Origin: Amoebophrya sp. A120
Lineage: Eukaryota; Protista; Dinoflagellata
NCBI GenBank assembly: GCA_905178155.1
Contig: CAJINV010000017.1
Span: 550,722 to 614,721 of the forward strand
Length of the DNA: 64,000 nt
Reading direction: 5' to 3'
Positions 36,171-49,300 of this stretch are shown here, piece by piece. The translations under genes and the position numbers were made by a program. Every line of letters starts with the position of its first letter. Position 1 is the stretch's first letter. The notes under the pieces are model-generated. The model saw nothing but the letters and a program-made list of their open reading frames with translations. It made no database searches and was not told the origin of the DNA.

Positions 36171-39100
36171 ATGTGCTCCTTCTGGTTGACCACACTTCTG
36201 ATCTCTCTCCAGGCCCAACTGGACGAGATCAACCACCACGCGGTCACGCGTGGCCCGGACCTCACGGTTGGGCTGGAATACCAGGGGTTCACGTTTGTAC
36301 ACAATCTGCTGGCGATAACCACCGCTGCAGGGCAGCGGGGAACCGCTTCATCTTCACCGACGACATCTCGTCTTGCTGAAACAGAAAGTGGAAGTAGTAC
36401 CAGCAGCGGCAACATCGCAGATGGAACAAGTGGAACAGAACAACCACCACCACCACCAGTTTCCTCCTACCCGCAAGGCGTAAAGCAGTTGCTTCGCCGG
36501 GCCAACCGCGCGGCCAACAGCATCGAGCCGGAGTTTGCGGACGCCAACGGCCAGCCGATCTTTTACGAGGATGCGGTCCTGCTATTCAACGGCGAGATCT
36601 ATAACTACCGTGAACTGCTCTACGAACACGAGTTGCCGAATCCGGGCGCCACGGAGGGACAGGTGCTGGTACAGTTGTACCGGAAACTGGGACCAGACTT
36701 CGTCAAGCAGCTTGACGGCGAATTCGCGTTGGCAATCGTGGATTTTCGCCTCCTACAGACGGTCTTCGCCACCGACGTGTTCGGCACGAAGCCCCTGTGG
36801 TTTGCGGTCGGCAGGGGCGCGACGAGAACGGGAGGGGCGAAAGCGGGCGAAAGTGGAGAAAGAAAAAGTGCCGGGGGAGAGACGAGAACGAGGAGCAGGA
36901 CCACTCTTAGTACAAGACCATCGATCCATATCGCCACCTACCGCAGTGTGTTGCTGAGGTTGATCGAGCAGCGGAGAGCGGACGCAGTAGAGTCCCACTC
37001 CTCGTCACAGGAAATTGAAGATGCTAAAAGTTCTGGCGCTGGTACTTCTGGAAGTGGCACGAGGACATCAGGCGAGGGTGGTAAGGAAGATGCAGATTCA
37101 CCGGATGATGAACTACATGGTGATGGTCTTGGTCAAGTGGTGGATTTCCAAGAGTCCGATATCCAGCACGCTGAGCCGAATCGCGTAGTCACCTGTCCGT
37201 TCACCGCGACGGCGGACTCGTTTCAAACCCTCTGCACCTTCTCCACGGTGAAGGAGTTCGACTTGCGGCAGCACAAGTCCGACTCCAGCGACTTTGATGC
37301 CGCCTTCGAGCGCGCGGTCTACAAACGCGTGCACGGCCCACCGGGGTCCCGGTTCATTCGGGTCTTCATGGGGCTTTCCACGGGCTACGATTCGGGGGCG
37401 ATCCACCTGGCGCTGGGAAAAATGCAGCGGTTGGAAGGCGTCACAAAAGACACAGGAAATGCAAATGACTTCGGGAAACAAGTAAAGATCAAATCTACAA
37501 AGGATGTGGATGCGGCGCAAACGAAGTCTTCTAGCGCTGGCGGCACTGCAGCTTCCAGTCGAGCAAGCAAAGAGGAAAGAGAGTCTTCATCTCCCTCCAT
37601 CTCAACTAATTCTGCCGGCATTGCAGCTACGTCCTCCGTTCTCGCCGGCGGCAAAATCTTCCCGAACGGGAAGCAACGGGAACGACTGCAAGGCGACGAC
37701 TTTGTGGCCTACGTGATCGTCGACGCCGCCTTCCGCGAAACGCTGAAGCAGCGGATTGCCTACAACAATGTGAACGTGAAGCTGATTTCTAAAACGTGGC
37801 AGAATTTCAAGAAGGAGCTGAATATCCTGCGCAAAAGTGTAATAAGTCGCACGCGTAATATTTATACGTATTAAATTTAAATGCCAGTCTTGCATGACAG
37901 ATTTGGTCGCTCTTACCTGAATCGGCACGACAGGTTTCACTTTTTCTCTATTTGGAAAAAAAAGACATGATACGTATTGGTATTACGATTTAATAGCTAT
38001 TGTGCACTGCATACTGACAACGCTGCAGCAAAAGACCGAGGAATACTTCTACGATGGCGGCAACTGGGCGGGCAAATCGCTCCAACAGGACGCGTCTGCC
38101 GCGCCGGGGATATCCCTGCTGACCAAACTCGCGGCGGAGGACGGCCGCAGAGTCTACTTGTCCGGCAGCGGAGCCGACGAAATCATTTCCGACTACGGGT
38201 TCAATGGCACAAAGTTTTTTCCCCACAGCTCGTTCGGCGGGCGGTTTCCGCCGGACCTGTCCAGCGTGTTCCCCTGGGCCAGCTTTTTCCTGGGCACGAT
38301 GCGCGACTACTTGATGAAGGACGAGATCATCGCCGGGTTTCACGGCATCGAGGGCCGGTACCCCTTTCTGGACTTCGAAGTGGTGCAAGAATTTCTGTGG
38401 CTCCAGGACTCCGTCAAAAACTCGCAGTACAAGAGCGCACTCGCCCGGTACCTGCAAAAACACGCGTACCCGATCGCCTTTGGCAAGCAGGGGTTCGGCG
38501 CCAGCACAGATTTGAAAGTCTACGACCCGCCGAATGGTCAAAATCTTGTTCATCCCGGAGCTGGTGCCGTCGTGGAGCTAGAGCGTGTGACTGCAGCCGA
38601 CGAGCGCGAGCGCGACACAGCTGCAGGAGAAAGTACATCAAGTAGCTCTACTTCTGCAAATATTCAAGCTGACGACGCGCCAACTGGCACTGGTTCTACT
38701 GCTGAGATGCTTTTAGACCCGGCGACCACTTCCGCCACGGCTACCAAGCCACCCACCGGCGACGGTGCTGTCACCTCCACGTTCCTTCAGCCCCCGCCGC
38801 AGTGCGGCGAGAACATGTACTTCGTGGCGCTCCGGAGCCGGTTGACCGCAAGGGTACTGGATGGTGAGGAATTTGGCTGTGCCAATGAGAATATCAAGCG
38901 CGACCGGGAAAACCTTGTTTACATTTTGTGGCACGACTTGCAGAACATGGTCACGAACCTGTTCGGGGAAAAACGCTTCAAGCAGGAATGCGCGATCGGG
39001 TTTTTCACGGCCCGGCTCCTGAAAACCGTAAGTTTAGTGGACAAGAACATGCTGGGCTCGTTGGGAGAACAACATGATCGATCTTCTCCCACGCCGCACA

Positions 39101-40248
39101 GAGTCGATGACAAAACCACTGCAGCCACGAGGACTTCTTCCTCCACTTTCTGGGACGGGCTGCACATTGAGATGCCAGATTTTCGCCTGAAGCACGTGCA
39201 TTTCGGGAACGAGGAAAGATTTGTGGCGGTGATAGAGGGCAAACAACTCATGGATTCCAACGAAATCTGGCACCACGACCAGTTGGGCGTAAGACTGCCG
39301 CCGCTCGTGGCGGAGGGCGGGAGAAGGAGGAGAAGGAATGATGATGATGATCGACCAGGATTTATGTTCTTTCATCGAAATCATCACGCAGATGTCGTCG
39401 GCGAGCGCGACAGCCACAAAAATTCCTGGTCTTCCATTTGCACCTCTGGTTTCCCGGTCTTCCGCGTGCTCCTACGCCTACCCCAGTTGTACGCAAGTGG
39501 CCAGATGATGGATCACGACAGCACGTCGTCAACAGATTCAGATTCTGAGGAGCTTTACCAGCTCTTCGTCGGGAAGTTCGAGGCGTTTTTGGCGCAGGAG
39601 CTATTGCAACATGTAGGAACAACTTCTTCTGAAGTGCGAACAATCATAAGCAACGCGGATGGTGGATATCGCTACCTTCTTGCAGAACTGCTGCACAAAT
39701 TCGATTCCGTGTTCGAATCCTGGATCCAGCAGAACGAGGAAAATTTAGCACAAATACCCTCCGTTGCGGACGCAGTTGACACAGTGCGAAGACTCACCAC
39801 CTCCTCGCGACTCTGTGCACGGGAGGAGAGAAGGAATCAAAACACGATGGACGAGTGGAAAACTGCAGGTGAGAACCACGAAGAGAGGCGGACGTCGGGC
39901 CAGCCTAGTACGGAAGAACAGCAAGACCGCGCAAACAGTATGCGGTCCTTTGATCCTGTGTACTACCTTTTTTGGATGAACACGCGAAGTCAGATTTTCC
40001 TGTCGGAGTTCGAAACGGCAGACGCCGACGTTCATGGTGTTGACACGATGTTAACCGGTGCAGGGCCCTCTAGTGCTGGAACACCTTTTCTTTTGAATGC
40101 TGTCGAATTCTCCCTGGAAATTCTCGACTTTGTCCAAACAATCTCAAACAGCTGGGTCAGTCTGAGTCGCGCCAACCAAATCGTGTCGTTCTGCAATCAG
40201 TTTCTGCATATCAACTATGCCGATGGCACTTGGTGTGATGGATATTGA
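36171..40248 (+). CDS. Asparagine synthetase-like protein (Ntn glutaminase plus ATP-pyrophosphatase domains) with long C-terminal extension; 2 exons
   Basis: N-terminal MC, RGPD, HNLLAI, QPI, FNGEIYNYREL, LDGEFA, DVFGTKPLW, LSTGYDS, LSGSGADEI and RYPFLD; probable GT-AG intron 37839..38028. Confidence 0.85.
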
Positions 40249-41156
40249 CCGAGGGACGTGGCCGGAGTGGCTTCGCCTTCCTGATGTCTCTCTTGCCACC
40301 AGTGAAGCATTGATTTGCTGGGCAGTTGAGATTTTTACAACGAATTCTGCTCTCGCAACCTGTTCGAACTTGCTCCCATGTTGTATGTCGCTCTCTTTTA
40401 CCTGCACATGAAGAAGCCGCACCATCGACAGGCGCGAATGTAACTTTCTGTCCCTCAGAAACACACACATGATGTGTGACACATCATTTGCCTTCGGTCG
40501 AGCCTTATCGAAATAAAGTTGTCGGTATGTGCTATGTATGAAATCATGCTGAATTTTTCCCACCAGTTGCATAAGTACATATTCACATTTGATTCGGTTT
40601 TTGTGCTTCCCGTAAGCAGCAGTTCTCGGTTCGTTCACAAACATTGACCTTCGTGTATGTCGTGATTAATCGTCGTTCCTTTATCTTCTACTTCTAGGCA
40701 CGACCAGTCATCTTTCGTCCTGTGTGTCGTACTGTCATGTACATCTTCAATCAAGAGGCGGCAGTCGTGCCTTCTTCTATCGTTCAAAATGGATACCACC
40801 TTCACCTCGACGACCGCCCCACAGGAACCCACTCCAACTCCCCATTATTATTTCACCGCCTGGTCATCGGCCCCATATCTATAGGAAGACGCCATACGTT
40901 TACGTTGCATTTGCGCATACTGCACATGACTAGTTTGTTGATGGCAACTACGTAATCCAACAGCTAGCAATTGCATGCAACTCTGACCGACTCGTGCAAA
41001 AATCGATTGAGGCAGCCATATGAAGAGGACCACGCGACGTTCACTCTGACGTACTTGCCGAAAAGAATCGAAGACCACGACCTCCGCCTGTAGTGCTGTC
41101 CCTACAACTCTTCCTAGCTTGTCAACAACATTCGGTGAACAAACGTCATTTCGAGG

Positions 41157-44100
41157 ATGTCGCGCAATAAGGCGGACGACATTCCGGAGTCGGCGTACTT
41201 CGTGCCCGAGGGCGTGGACGCGATTTACATCATCCGCCGGATGGCGAACTTTCCCGCCTGCCACGAGAAAATCATGGTACCCATGAACTTCCGCGAGAAC
41301 AAATACAACTACACCGGGGCGCACTTCCGAAAAGACATCCAGCGGGCCGTGATGGAGTACGACAAACTGGACTACCTCCCCTCGCCCTGCGTGCGCATGT
41401 GGCACCGCCCGCACACGGAGGCGAAGGACGCCTACTCCGTGCTCTACAGCTCCCTCGGCCGCATGAACTTGGTGACCTCGGACTTCGAGACCGGGCCGGA
41501 GTCCTCCGGGAAGGCGAAGGCCCAGAAGAGCTCCATCGAAACCGCCATCTGGGCGATTGACGGTACGACGACCGTTATCCAGGAAAAAAAGTGTCTAAGT
41601 GTAACTTTCTTCGAGGAACAGCATCACAAATTTGCGCTACATGACAGAGAAAACCTGTGACGCATGGCTTGTAAGGGAAAACACACATGAAAAGAGGACT
41701 TCATGGCTGTCTGGCATGACAGGTGTAACTCTGTTGCATATTCTGCAATACAAGTTTACACTTACACAGTTTTTTTCTTGCATAACCGTGGACGCGGTGG
41801 TGAACGGCGCGCTGCGGTTGTCCATCCAGAGGCAGCAGGACGAGGACAAGGACGCGCAACAGCAAAACGACCCGAGCTACATCTCGGCCAGCGAGAAGCA
41901 GCGGAACCCCAACAAGTTTCTGGAAATTCCGACCGGGATTTTGTCGGACATATGAAATGTAAAAATGTCTGGGTCTGGAAGAGTCATGCTGTTTTTGCAT
42001 GACAAAGAAGGTCTGGCATGGAAGCTCTAGCATCACAGGTTTCGAGAAGCTTCCGCAATGCCGAACCCGCATGAGAAATCCCCCATTTTGGTGCCAGAAA
42101 GTGGGCGCCTTTTGCTACCTATGCATGAGATATTTTTCTGGGTTCTAAAATGCGCATCACAGGTTCGGATCCTTCCAGACCCAGACACTTTTACATTTGA
42201 TAGGACAACGTGTTTCACGACCGCAACCGGGAGATCCAGGACCACTGGAACATGCGGGACATTTTCAACGACTTCGAGAATTTCGAGGACACGAAAACCA
42301 TGGTGCTGATCGAGATCGAGACGCACGGCAAGTCGCTCCGCGTCGACCAATCGTTCGAGCAGATGCTAGAGAACAACACGCACAGCTTCACCGTGGAAGA
42401 CTGGGAAATTGCGATTTACATGGTGCCGCAGAACAAGGTGCACAAGGTACTCGACGGGTACTGGGAGACCCAGGACGAGCTCCTTTCCCCCGGGGAGCTC
42501 CACCGCAAGAAGGTGAAGGAGGAGCAGATGGCCAAGGCCATGGCCATGCAGGAGGCCGCGGAGAAGGAGGCGCAGCGGCAAGCGCGCATTCTGAAGGGCC
42601 TGCCCCCGCTGCCGGAGAAGAAGGAGGGGGAAACCTCCGAGGAGGAAGAAACGCCGGGCGGCACGGGCCCGAACGGCACGCCGAGCGGGCAGGGGTCGTC
42701 CAGCAAGCGCAAAAAGCCAAACGAGAAGAAGGAGTTCAAACGGGGGCTACGCGAGATTGGGCACCTGAAGTACCCGACGCACTTGTCCAAGTGCTACGAC
42801 ACCCCCTTGCTGCGCGTCCTGGACAAGCTGGACCGCACCATCGCGCAAACCCAAAACCCCTACGTCACAGACGGGAAAGTGATCAAGAAGTCCCGGTCGT
42901 TAAAGAACTGCTGCCTATGAAATGCAAAAATGTCTGGGTCTGGAAGGATCCGAACTTGTGATGCGCATTTTAGAACACAGAAAAATCTCTCATGCATAGG
43001 TAGCAAAAGCTGCCCACTTTCTGTCACCAAAATTATCGGGGATTTCTCATGCGGGTTCGGCATTGCGGAAGCTTCTCGATGAAACCTGTGACGCTCGAGC
43101 TTCCATGCCAGACCTTCTGCGTCACGCAAAAACAGCATTACCCTTCCAGACCCAGACACTTTTGCATTTGATACTGCCTCGCTTTGATCAACTTCCACAA
43201 GAAGTTTACCAACGTGAACGCCCTCTCGGAGACCGACGGACTGTCGGCCTTGCACAAAATCACGCTGAAGTTCCTGCTGCGCGGCCGCGACGACCCCGAG
43301 GATTCCATGTCCGAGATTTTCACCGCACTGATGCGGCACCCGTACCTGAATCTGGAGACCCGGGACATGGACGGCGGGAAAACGGTGTTAGAATACGCGC
43401 TGGATGTGTACTGGGGGCAGCTGAAGGCCAACACGGAGCAGACGGGCAAGTCCGCGTCGGGCTTTCCCGAGGAGATCGTGAACATGAAAGACATGCCGAG
43501 AAATAACATCATCGGCCCGGATATGGAACTGTCAGGATTGAAATTAACAAAGTTGAAATAATTTGTGATGCATAAAATCTATACCAGTTGGACCCACAGT
43601 TTCCAATCGGCGCATGACAAATTTTCCTGGCCTCTGAAGCAAGTCTGTCATGCTGTTTAGGGCAAGATGGCTGCTCCCTGTCATGCTAGTCAGCAGCCCA
43701 ATGCTTGACCCTTACCAGCACTAGAATCTGCCTCCCTTGCGCCTTCAGCAATAGAGTCAGTCTCTGTGTCGCATTTTATGCAATACAAATTATTTCAACT
43801 TTGACGATTTCAAAGCTGACGCTTCCATACCGGAAAGGAGATATTTGCGGCACTCCGTGCTGTACGAGCTCTTCGAGCCGTTTTGGCAGCGGGACTCGAA
43901 GATGCGACCGCAGAAAATTAAGCCGTATCTGAAGTGCTTTCGCAACGCGAGGAACGCGTTGGCATTTGCGAAAAGACGGGAAACCTTCTCCATCGACGAG
44001 GAAATGGGTAAAACTTTTTCGTGCTTTTTTGGTTTTCTTTATCAAGAACAGCATCTTGCATACGTAGAAAAAGTGAAAAGAAAGAGAAGCACTTTCAGGC

Positions 44101-45585
44101 ACTAGTACTTGCCAACAACATGATCCAGTTCGAAGATTCGGTATGAAACTTTTAAAAAAATACGAATACTTCAAAAATAAACGACTTCAGATTTCCGTGC
44201 GCGCGAGGCCCGACTGCTGAAGAACCCGAAATTTCTCGACGCCCTGAATGTAACCTGTTCCTGGGACCCGCTGGACCTCCACAATGCCCGGCAGCGGGAT
44301 CGGGAACTGCGGTTCGACGGTCTGGAGATGATTGACTTCATCAAAAACCCGGTGTTCCGCCGCATCCGGAATAAGCAAATCCTGATCCGGTCCTTCCACA
44401 GCCTGCTGTCCCGGTCCCTCGTGGTCGACATCCAGAAGTCCTGGGCCATTCTGTTCAACGACCTGCAGAACGAGACCAACGTGGACGTGCATGCGTTGAT
44501 GGAGTACCCCGACGTGTCGGACGGGAACAACTGTCTGCTACACAAAATTCTCCGCGTCGGCACCGTGTACGACGTTTCCATTGCCCTGACCGGCGAGTTA
44601 TGCATTGCAAAAGCATCGTACTAGTACAAATTGCATTACAAATTTGCTCAGCATGAGAAACAACGCAATTTGTAATGCTGTTTTACCTTAGGAAGAAGAT
44701 TTCTCATGCATATTTGCAATTAGTACGAGTACGATACTTCTGCACAGGATACGAGTGCGCGGTGGAGATGAACTACGAGCCGCTGGTATCCTCAGTAAAA
44801 ACGTACCCACACCAGAGCTGTAATGCAGATTTGCAAAGACAGGGAGACTTGTAATGCGCATCCCCATGAGAGCCATTTCCAATCGTGTTTTGGAATTTGT
44901 AATGCTGTAAACAGGATTAGCAGTTGGATTTCTGATGCAGCTGGCCTTGCGAACCTGCACTACGCTACGGACTGCAGCTTGTGATGCGTGACTCACAAAA
45001 CTCCTAGGCTTGTGTTGCAAAATCCCCATCCTGACTCTGGTGTGGGTACGTTTTTACTCAGGATAGCTGGTGGCGGCGCAGTCGGTCACCAACGAGCAGA
45101 AGCGGGACAAGGAGAAGGAGATGAAGCGGCTCTACGGCGGCGCCGTGTACGCGAAAATGAAAAAGCAGCAGGACCGGGAGGAGAAGGAGAACGCGCTGCC
45201 CTTCTTTCAGTCCTACGTGGACGTTTCCAAGTCGTTTGTGGTGGAGTTCCACGGCAACCGACTGCAGCCCGTGATCGACTGGAGCTACAACGTGATCTCG
45301 AATAGGTTGCTGTCCGGGGAAAAGTCCTCCGTGTTCCTCGGGCTGATCATCGGGTATGTGCGGTCGCCGGTCTATCGAGAGTTGTTCTCAAGCAAGGTGG
45401 GCAGGAGGTGGCTGATCTCGTTTTTCGTGCGATATCGGACCTTCGCCGATTGGGACTCAGTGAACATCAACGGGCAGTCGGTGCTCTCACTGGCAAACGA
45501 TCCGAAAATGGACAAGGAATTCAGGTTGCTCATAAATTCCATCCAACAAAAGTGCATCGCCATGGTGGAAGCCAGGCAGAAATAA
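41157..45585 (+). CDS. Ankyrin-repeat-like protein, 8 exons (~918 aa); 6 of 7 introns are introners
   Basis: Exons 41157-41575, 41790-41950, 42208-42915, 43179-43521, 43835-44007, 44191-44598, 44757-44786 and 45071-45585 total 2757 nt, open frame. Ankyrin-like motifs NVNALSETDGLSALH, LETRDMDGGKTVLEYAL, DGNNCLLH and NINGQSVLSLA. Confidence 0.8.
41576..41784. mobile_element. Introner family D, 209 bp, TSD ACCGT
   Basis: TIRs TATCCAGGAAAAAAAGTGTCTAAGTGTAA ... TTACACTTACACAGTTTTTTTCTTGCATA; removal gives GTTTV|DAVV in frame. Confidence 0.9.
41951..42202. mobile_element. Introner family A, 252 bp, TSD GGACA
   Basis: Family A TIRs; removal gives ILSD|NVFHDR in frame. Confidence 0.93.
42916..43173. 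mobile_element. Introner family A, 258 bp, TSD CTGCC; inverted paralog of 41951..42202
   Basis: Family A TIRs; the internal sequence is a diverged reverse complement of the previous copy; removal gives KNCC|LALINF in frame. Confidence 0.93.
43522..43829. mobile_element. Introner family C, 308 bp, TSD CCGGA
   Basis: TIRs TATGGAACTGTCAGGATTGAAATTAACAAAGTTGAAATAATTTGT ... ACAAATTATTTCAACTTTGACGATTTCAAAGCTGACGCTTCCATA; removal gives IGP|ERRYLRH in frame. Confidence 0.92.
44599..44751. mobile_element. Introner family E, 153 bp, TSD CGAGT
   Basis: TIRs TATGCATTGCAAAAGCATCGTACTAGTACAAATTGCA ... TGCAATTAGTACGAGTACGATACTTCTGCACAGGATA; removal gives TGE|CAVEM in frame. Confidence 0.88.
44787..45065. 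mobile_element. Introner family F, 279 bp, TSD GCTGG
   Basis: 31-bp TIR TATCCTCAGTAAAAACGTACCCACACCAGAG with one mismatch; removal gives YEPL|VAAQS in frame. Confidence 0.92.
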
Positions 45586-46323
45586 TAAAATCTTGGGAGG
45601 TCGTAGACAACCCACTTAGACTTACAAAGTATAGATACCACCACGCGGGCGAGTTTCTAGTATCTTGAGTTATGATTCAGTACTTGAAAAGGTGGCAAAA
45701 TTTAGGAGTGCTAGTAGGATTTTTAGCCCATCAACATATTAGTTTTTTCGGGATTCACCATACTCTTTTTGCCGCTACCAGTTTAGATAGCATACATACA
45801 TTAGTTGAGCATGATTCTCCTTTCAATGCAACTAGCATTTGATTTCTTCCCCGCAGCATCTGCGTAACCCGCAAAAGCACTGTTCTTTCGTGTATCCCAA
45901 ACCGAAACCTGGCACCCTGTGCAACATGAAGTCACTAATTTTCATTCACACACAAAGTCAGCAAGAGAGTTGAAGGGAGTGAGTTCCCCGCAGTTCCTGC
46001 GCTTCACTACTCTGTGTCTCCTGTTCTTATGTTCTTTACCCACAGCCGATGGTGCAAACGTGTTTCTCTGTTGTACGAGTTAGCTCATTGGCAGAGTGGG
46101 AGGTTGTAGAGTTCTATCGTCGTGCGCATTAAATTCAGTTGAGCAAGTAGTTGTGCACCGCAATAAATCATGTCGAGGAGAGATGCAACCTGAGAGCAGC
46201 CGCATGGGCAGACTGTCAGAAAGAAAGAAATTGTGTTTTAGTTTTTCTTGAAAGGAAGGCATTAGCTTTTACTGAAGCCATTGTTAGGAAGCGCTCACGT
46301 TCTTGCAGTTGCGCACGAGGAAG

Positions 46324-49300
46324 ATGTTATCCTTCTGGCCCTCCTTCGTTGGTGGCAGTGCGGAGGAGGAGGAAGACCCTACCAATGGCGCAGACACAAA
46401 CTACCCCATCGGCCCGCAGCACTCCGTCACGTCCAATGCGAGTTTTGGTCGACAAAAGTCTGTTTTTAACCCGAAACAAGCGGTCAACACGATCGCGCGA
46501 GGGACGTATTTCATTAGAAACAAGTTTCTGGCGAAGACAGCCAGTATGAAGAACGAAACTGCAACGGAACGCGATACGACCCGGAATATGATCACCAGCA
46601 TCTTCTTCAGACCCTGCTGAATTGGTACATGTTGCATAACACGGAAAATGTCCTAATGTGGTTTAGCGACATTTTCTCGTAGTCGTAGTGTGCGTGGAGG
46701 TGCATACTGATACTGAACCGCAATGAAGTTGTCCACCAATAATAATTCTCGAGGAAGAGGGTGATTTTGCACGGGATACGCGAAATACCAGAAGGGTATT
46801 GCATGGAAGACTACGATTGCGAGTTCATCCTCACAACCTTGCCAGAAGTCTCTCGACTGTATCACGCTGAGTATCTACCGCTGGGATGCGACTGCAGTAT
46901 ATCTAACTTCTACTTTTTTATTTGCTGCAGATATGGTGCCGATCGACACACGTATTGCATGCAAAAATTCCATATTGTAAAAGTGGTTTCCGCCGCCCCT
47001 CCACCCGCTGCAATATTAATTCTGACTCACTTACTTGCACAGGCCTCCTGAAAGTCTACCCGGATGCGGTTCCCCGGGGAATGGACGTGTACTCGCTTTT
47101 GTCCACCATGTACAACAGTAAGTTTTCGTCTTTCCTGCCCCAATTCGGCTGCGACTTCCTTGACGGCGACGACTGCTCCTACGCCATCATTCTGGAGCCG
47201 GCGTATCAAATGCAAAAGTGTCTGGGTCTGGAAGACTGCGAGACTTGTCATGGTTGTCTGGCATGACCAAAAAGTTTGTGATGCGTGTCCAAGAAGAGGC
47301 CCTCCTGCCTGTCATGCAAAAACGCAGTTTGTCATGCGAAAAACGCAACGCAAAGAAGCGCAGACATTTCTCATGCTTGCCTGTGCATTACAGGGCATCC
47401 ACTATTCCCAACGCAGCATTACAAGTTTCCAGACCCAGACATTTTTACATTTTATACGGCCTACCCGCAGTTTATCTCCGTGCCGAATTTCATCAAGGAT
47501 TTTGCAAAACTGAAGCACAACCACGAACTGAAAAACCGGCTGCTGGCGCGGATCTTCGGCAAGTTGTTTTCCTTCTTGATCCTCACCCACGAAGAGAATT
47601 GCATGGGGTGGTTTGACTACGTGAACACAATGTACTTGGAAGCGGGGTACGAAAACTTGAAGTTTTTTCACCTGGGATTCACCCAGTATCGAATCGAAAT
47701 TTGAAGCGACGGTGCACGACTTGCTAGAATCCACATGAAGTAGAAATGCTGACGATGCCTGAGTCGTCGAGGAAGACCCAACTGTATAGCAGCTTCCTTA
47801 CGTAGGTGCAGCTTTTGCCTTGCGCTGATTACTTGCGCTTTGCATTTTTCTGCACGTGTGTGCCGGCTGCAATTTCTTTTTCAATGCATACATCCGATTC
47901 CAACAAGACGAGAATGCAGAAGATCGCGGCCGACTTCATGCAGTGTGCGGATTTGCTAGACAAGATCCTTCTTTTGGACGAAAACCCCGAGAAAATCCCC
48001 GCCGGCCACCCCTTCGCGAAGAAGAAAAAGCTCTTCGGAAGGAGCAACAGTCCGAAAATCGGTCATGGCGGTGCAGCAGCAGCAGGCGGAGCAAATTTTC
48101 ATGCCGGTATGAATTCAGCGGCGTCGCCAGGAGGCAAAGGAAACAAACCAGCTAATCGCGGCGGCGTGATGAAGCGGGACCAGACGCGGCAATTTGACTT
48201 TGCCGGCTTGGAGGATGAGACTCAACATGGCGCAGGAGATTTGAATTTTGGAAACGATCCGAATAACGCGGATCAAATCCAGAATGATTTTGGCTTTCAG
48301 CAACAGGAGCAGAACAACCTGAGCTCCATGATCATCTCGCAGGAGGAAGCGGATGACGGAAACTACGGGGAGAACTTTTACAAAAATCAGCCGCTAGAAC
48401 ATCAACTACCCTCAGATGATGGCGTCGGGAACTACCCATACGGAATGGGTTACGGTGCTGGGGCCAGTTTCGCTGGACAACTTCAAGGGTTTGGAGAACA
48501 GGACCAAACGACGTACGCGTACGGCGCATCAAGTGGTTATAACTACGCGAGCACTTCTGGAGCAAACAATGACTACGGGCATCAACCAGCAGAAGATAAT
48601 TCCAACAGCAACTACTTTTACAACAACCAGTACAACAGCAGCAACTTTTTCCAGACCGAAGGGCAGCACAATGAGGAGCCGGGTTCGGAGCAGGCGTCTT
48701 TGAACGACGTGAACGTAACGGCTGGCTGTATCGAGGTGGAAGAGGAGGAAGCAGAATTGGACTACCCGCACGACAACCTGTTGCAGCACAAATCCTTGAT
48801 GGACTTCCGGAAGACGTTGCATTTCATGACGAAGATTGAAGAAGCGGTGAACCACCCGTTTCTGATCGAGTACGAAGCGAAGAACCGTATCGATTTGCTG
48901 CACAAGCTGTTCAAACGGAACGGGAAGGACAACCTCCATCTGTCGCAAAATCTCTGTGACTCGTCCGTGATTATGGGCGCATTGCAACGGTTGGAGAAAG
49001 CGGAGGAGGCGAAAAACAGTACTAGCGGCCCTGCAGGTGCTTCTGGGGGGAGAAAAAGTACGGGTCTAGCTGCACTAGCCGGGGGGAGAAGCAGCACTGC
49101 CAGTAGTATCAACGCCGCTGCAGGAGCGCTGCAATCACAATCGGTTTTGTCGGTCTATTCTAAAACGAAGTCGGCACTCGGAGCCGGCGTGGGTCGGCAG
49201 TCAACTGTTGGAAAAGTGAAGAGTATGAAAAGTTCGAACCTGAAGCAAATTGAGGAAGAACCCGGAGCGATGACGCGGCGGCAAACGCGCACCACCAGTC

